A stretch of 64,000 nucleotides of DNA from Planctomycetota bacterium (GTDB lineage: Bacteria; Planctomycetota; UBA1135; UBA2386). The number at the start of each line of letters is the position of its first letter. Position 1 is the first letter of the stretch. Below the pieces are notes generated by a model that saw only the letters and a program-made list of their open reading frames with translations, was not told where the DNA came from and ran no database searches. Position numbers and translations under genes: made by a program. This document shows, piece by piece, positions 63,274-64,000 of this stretch. The stretch covers positions 1,408,001-1,472,000 of the forward strand of contig JBKAGP010000001.1 in NCBI GenBank assembly GCA_046290465.1. The letters run 5' to 3'.

Positions 63274-64000
63274 TTGAAGCATCCAGGGGCTGCGTTCGTG
63301 ATCAAGTACTTCGACTTGATCGACGAGTTCATCAAAGTGCGCTGCTGCAGCGACGATTTGCTGCAGGAGCTGCACCAGGCTCCGATCACCAACAAGTCGG
63401 ACTACCGGCAACGAGTCGTGCGCTCGTGCGTGCCGTCGTTCGAGAGCGAGGTGCTCGGCGCCGTCCGCCGCATGGACGAGGGCTACGATCCGGAGATCGT
63501 CGAGGAGCTGCTCTACCAGATCTGCATCGACGTCAACCCGTCGCTCGAGATCCACCAGGTCAGCATCCCGACCAACGAGGACGGCACGACCGAGGCGAGC
63601 AGCGAGGACCCGTTCTTGCCCCGTCCGGGCAACGACCAGGCCCGCCAGTCGCTGTTCCGTCGCGTGACCAGCCTCGAGCGCAACCTGCGCCAGCAGATCA
63701 TCGGCCAGGACGACGCGATCACGTCGCTGGTGCGCGCCGTCAAGAAGGCCGCCGTCGGCCTCAAGCGTCCGACCCACCCGGTCGGCACGTTCCTGCTGGT
63801 CGGCCGCACCGGCACCGGCAAGACCGAGCTGGCGAAGTCGCTGGCGCGCAGCCTGTTCGACGACCCGAGCGCGATGATCCGCGTCGACTGCAGCGAGTAT
63901 GCGCTGCCGCACGAGTACGCCAAGCTGATCGGCTCGCCGCCGGGCTACATCGGGCACAACGAAGGTGGCTTCCTGACCGAGGGCATCAAGAAGAAGCCGA
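63274..64000 (+). CDS. Clp/Hsp100-like AAA+ ATPase beginning directly with a D2-type module; 3' end outside the window
   Basis: Translated by hand (absent from the ORF track): IIGQDDAI, GRTGTGKTELAK, RVDCSEY, KLIGSPPGYIG. Start is TTG 63274 or GTG 63298. Confidence 0.88.
   Translation, partial: MKHPGAAFVIKYFDLIDEFIKVRCCSDDLLQELHQAPITNKSDYRQRVVRSCVPSFESEVLGAVRRMDEGYDPEIVEELLYQICIDVNPSLEIHQVSIPTNEDGTTEASSEDPFLPRPGNDQARQSLFRRVTSLERNLRQQIIGQDDAITSLVRAVKKAAVGLKRPTHPVGTFLLVGRTGTGKTELAKSLARSLFDDPSAMIRVDCSEYALPHEYAKLIGSPPGYIGHNEGGFLTEGIKKKP

Overview
High-GC bacterial chromosomal window with no rRNA, tRNA, CRISPR array, transposase or prophage visible. The gene repertoire (ECF sigma/Ser-Thr kinase pairs, a DUF1501 remnant, several GT-C membrane proteins, secreted proteins with a shared-looking C-terminal domain) suggests a Planctomycetota genome; this is an inference. 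About 48 CDS are supported. They include acnB (5'-truncated by the window), acnA, kdsA, valS, recQ, rnhA, an RNase HII-like gene, a FabZ/FabA-like gene, acpH, a deoxynucleoside catabolism cluster (cdd, deoC, large and small ALDH, pyrimidine-nucleoside phosphorylase, Zn-ADH), four Ser/Thr kinases, three ECF sigma factors and a single-module Clp ATPase that runs off the end. The most unusual observations are: (1) an archaeal/eukaryotic-type Pus10 tRNA pseudouridine synthase with no N-terminal THUMP region; (2) an 83-84 bp, three-hairpin, CTAG-bounded repeat in 5 copies at 3 loci, each locus starting on a TAG stop codon; (3) a second GTAG-headed REP/REPIN-like family whose three arms each contain a gene's TAG stop; (4) a candidate ECF-promoted small RNA with an intrinsic terminator; (5) TANNNT boxes 6-10 nt before many start codons, suggesting leaderless mRNAs; and (6) two deletion scars. 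All functional calls come from motif recognition by eye; no database search was run.
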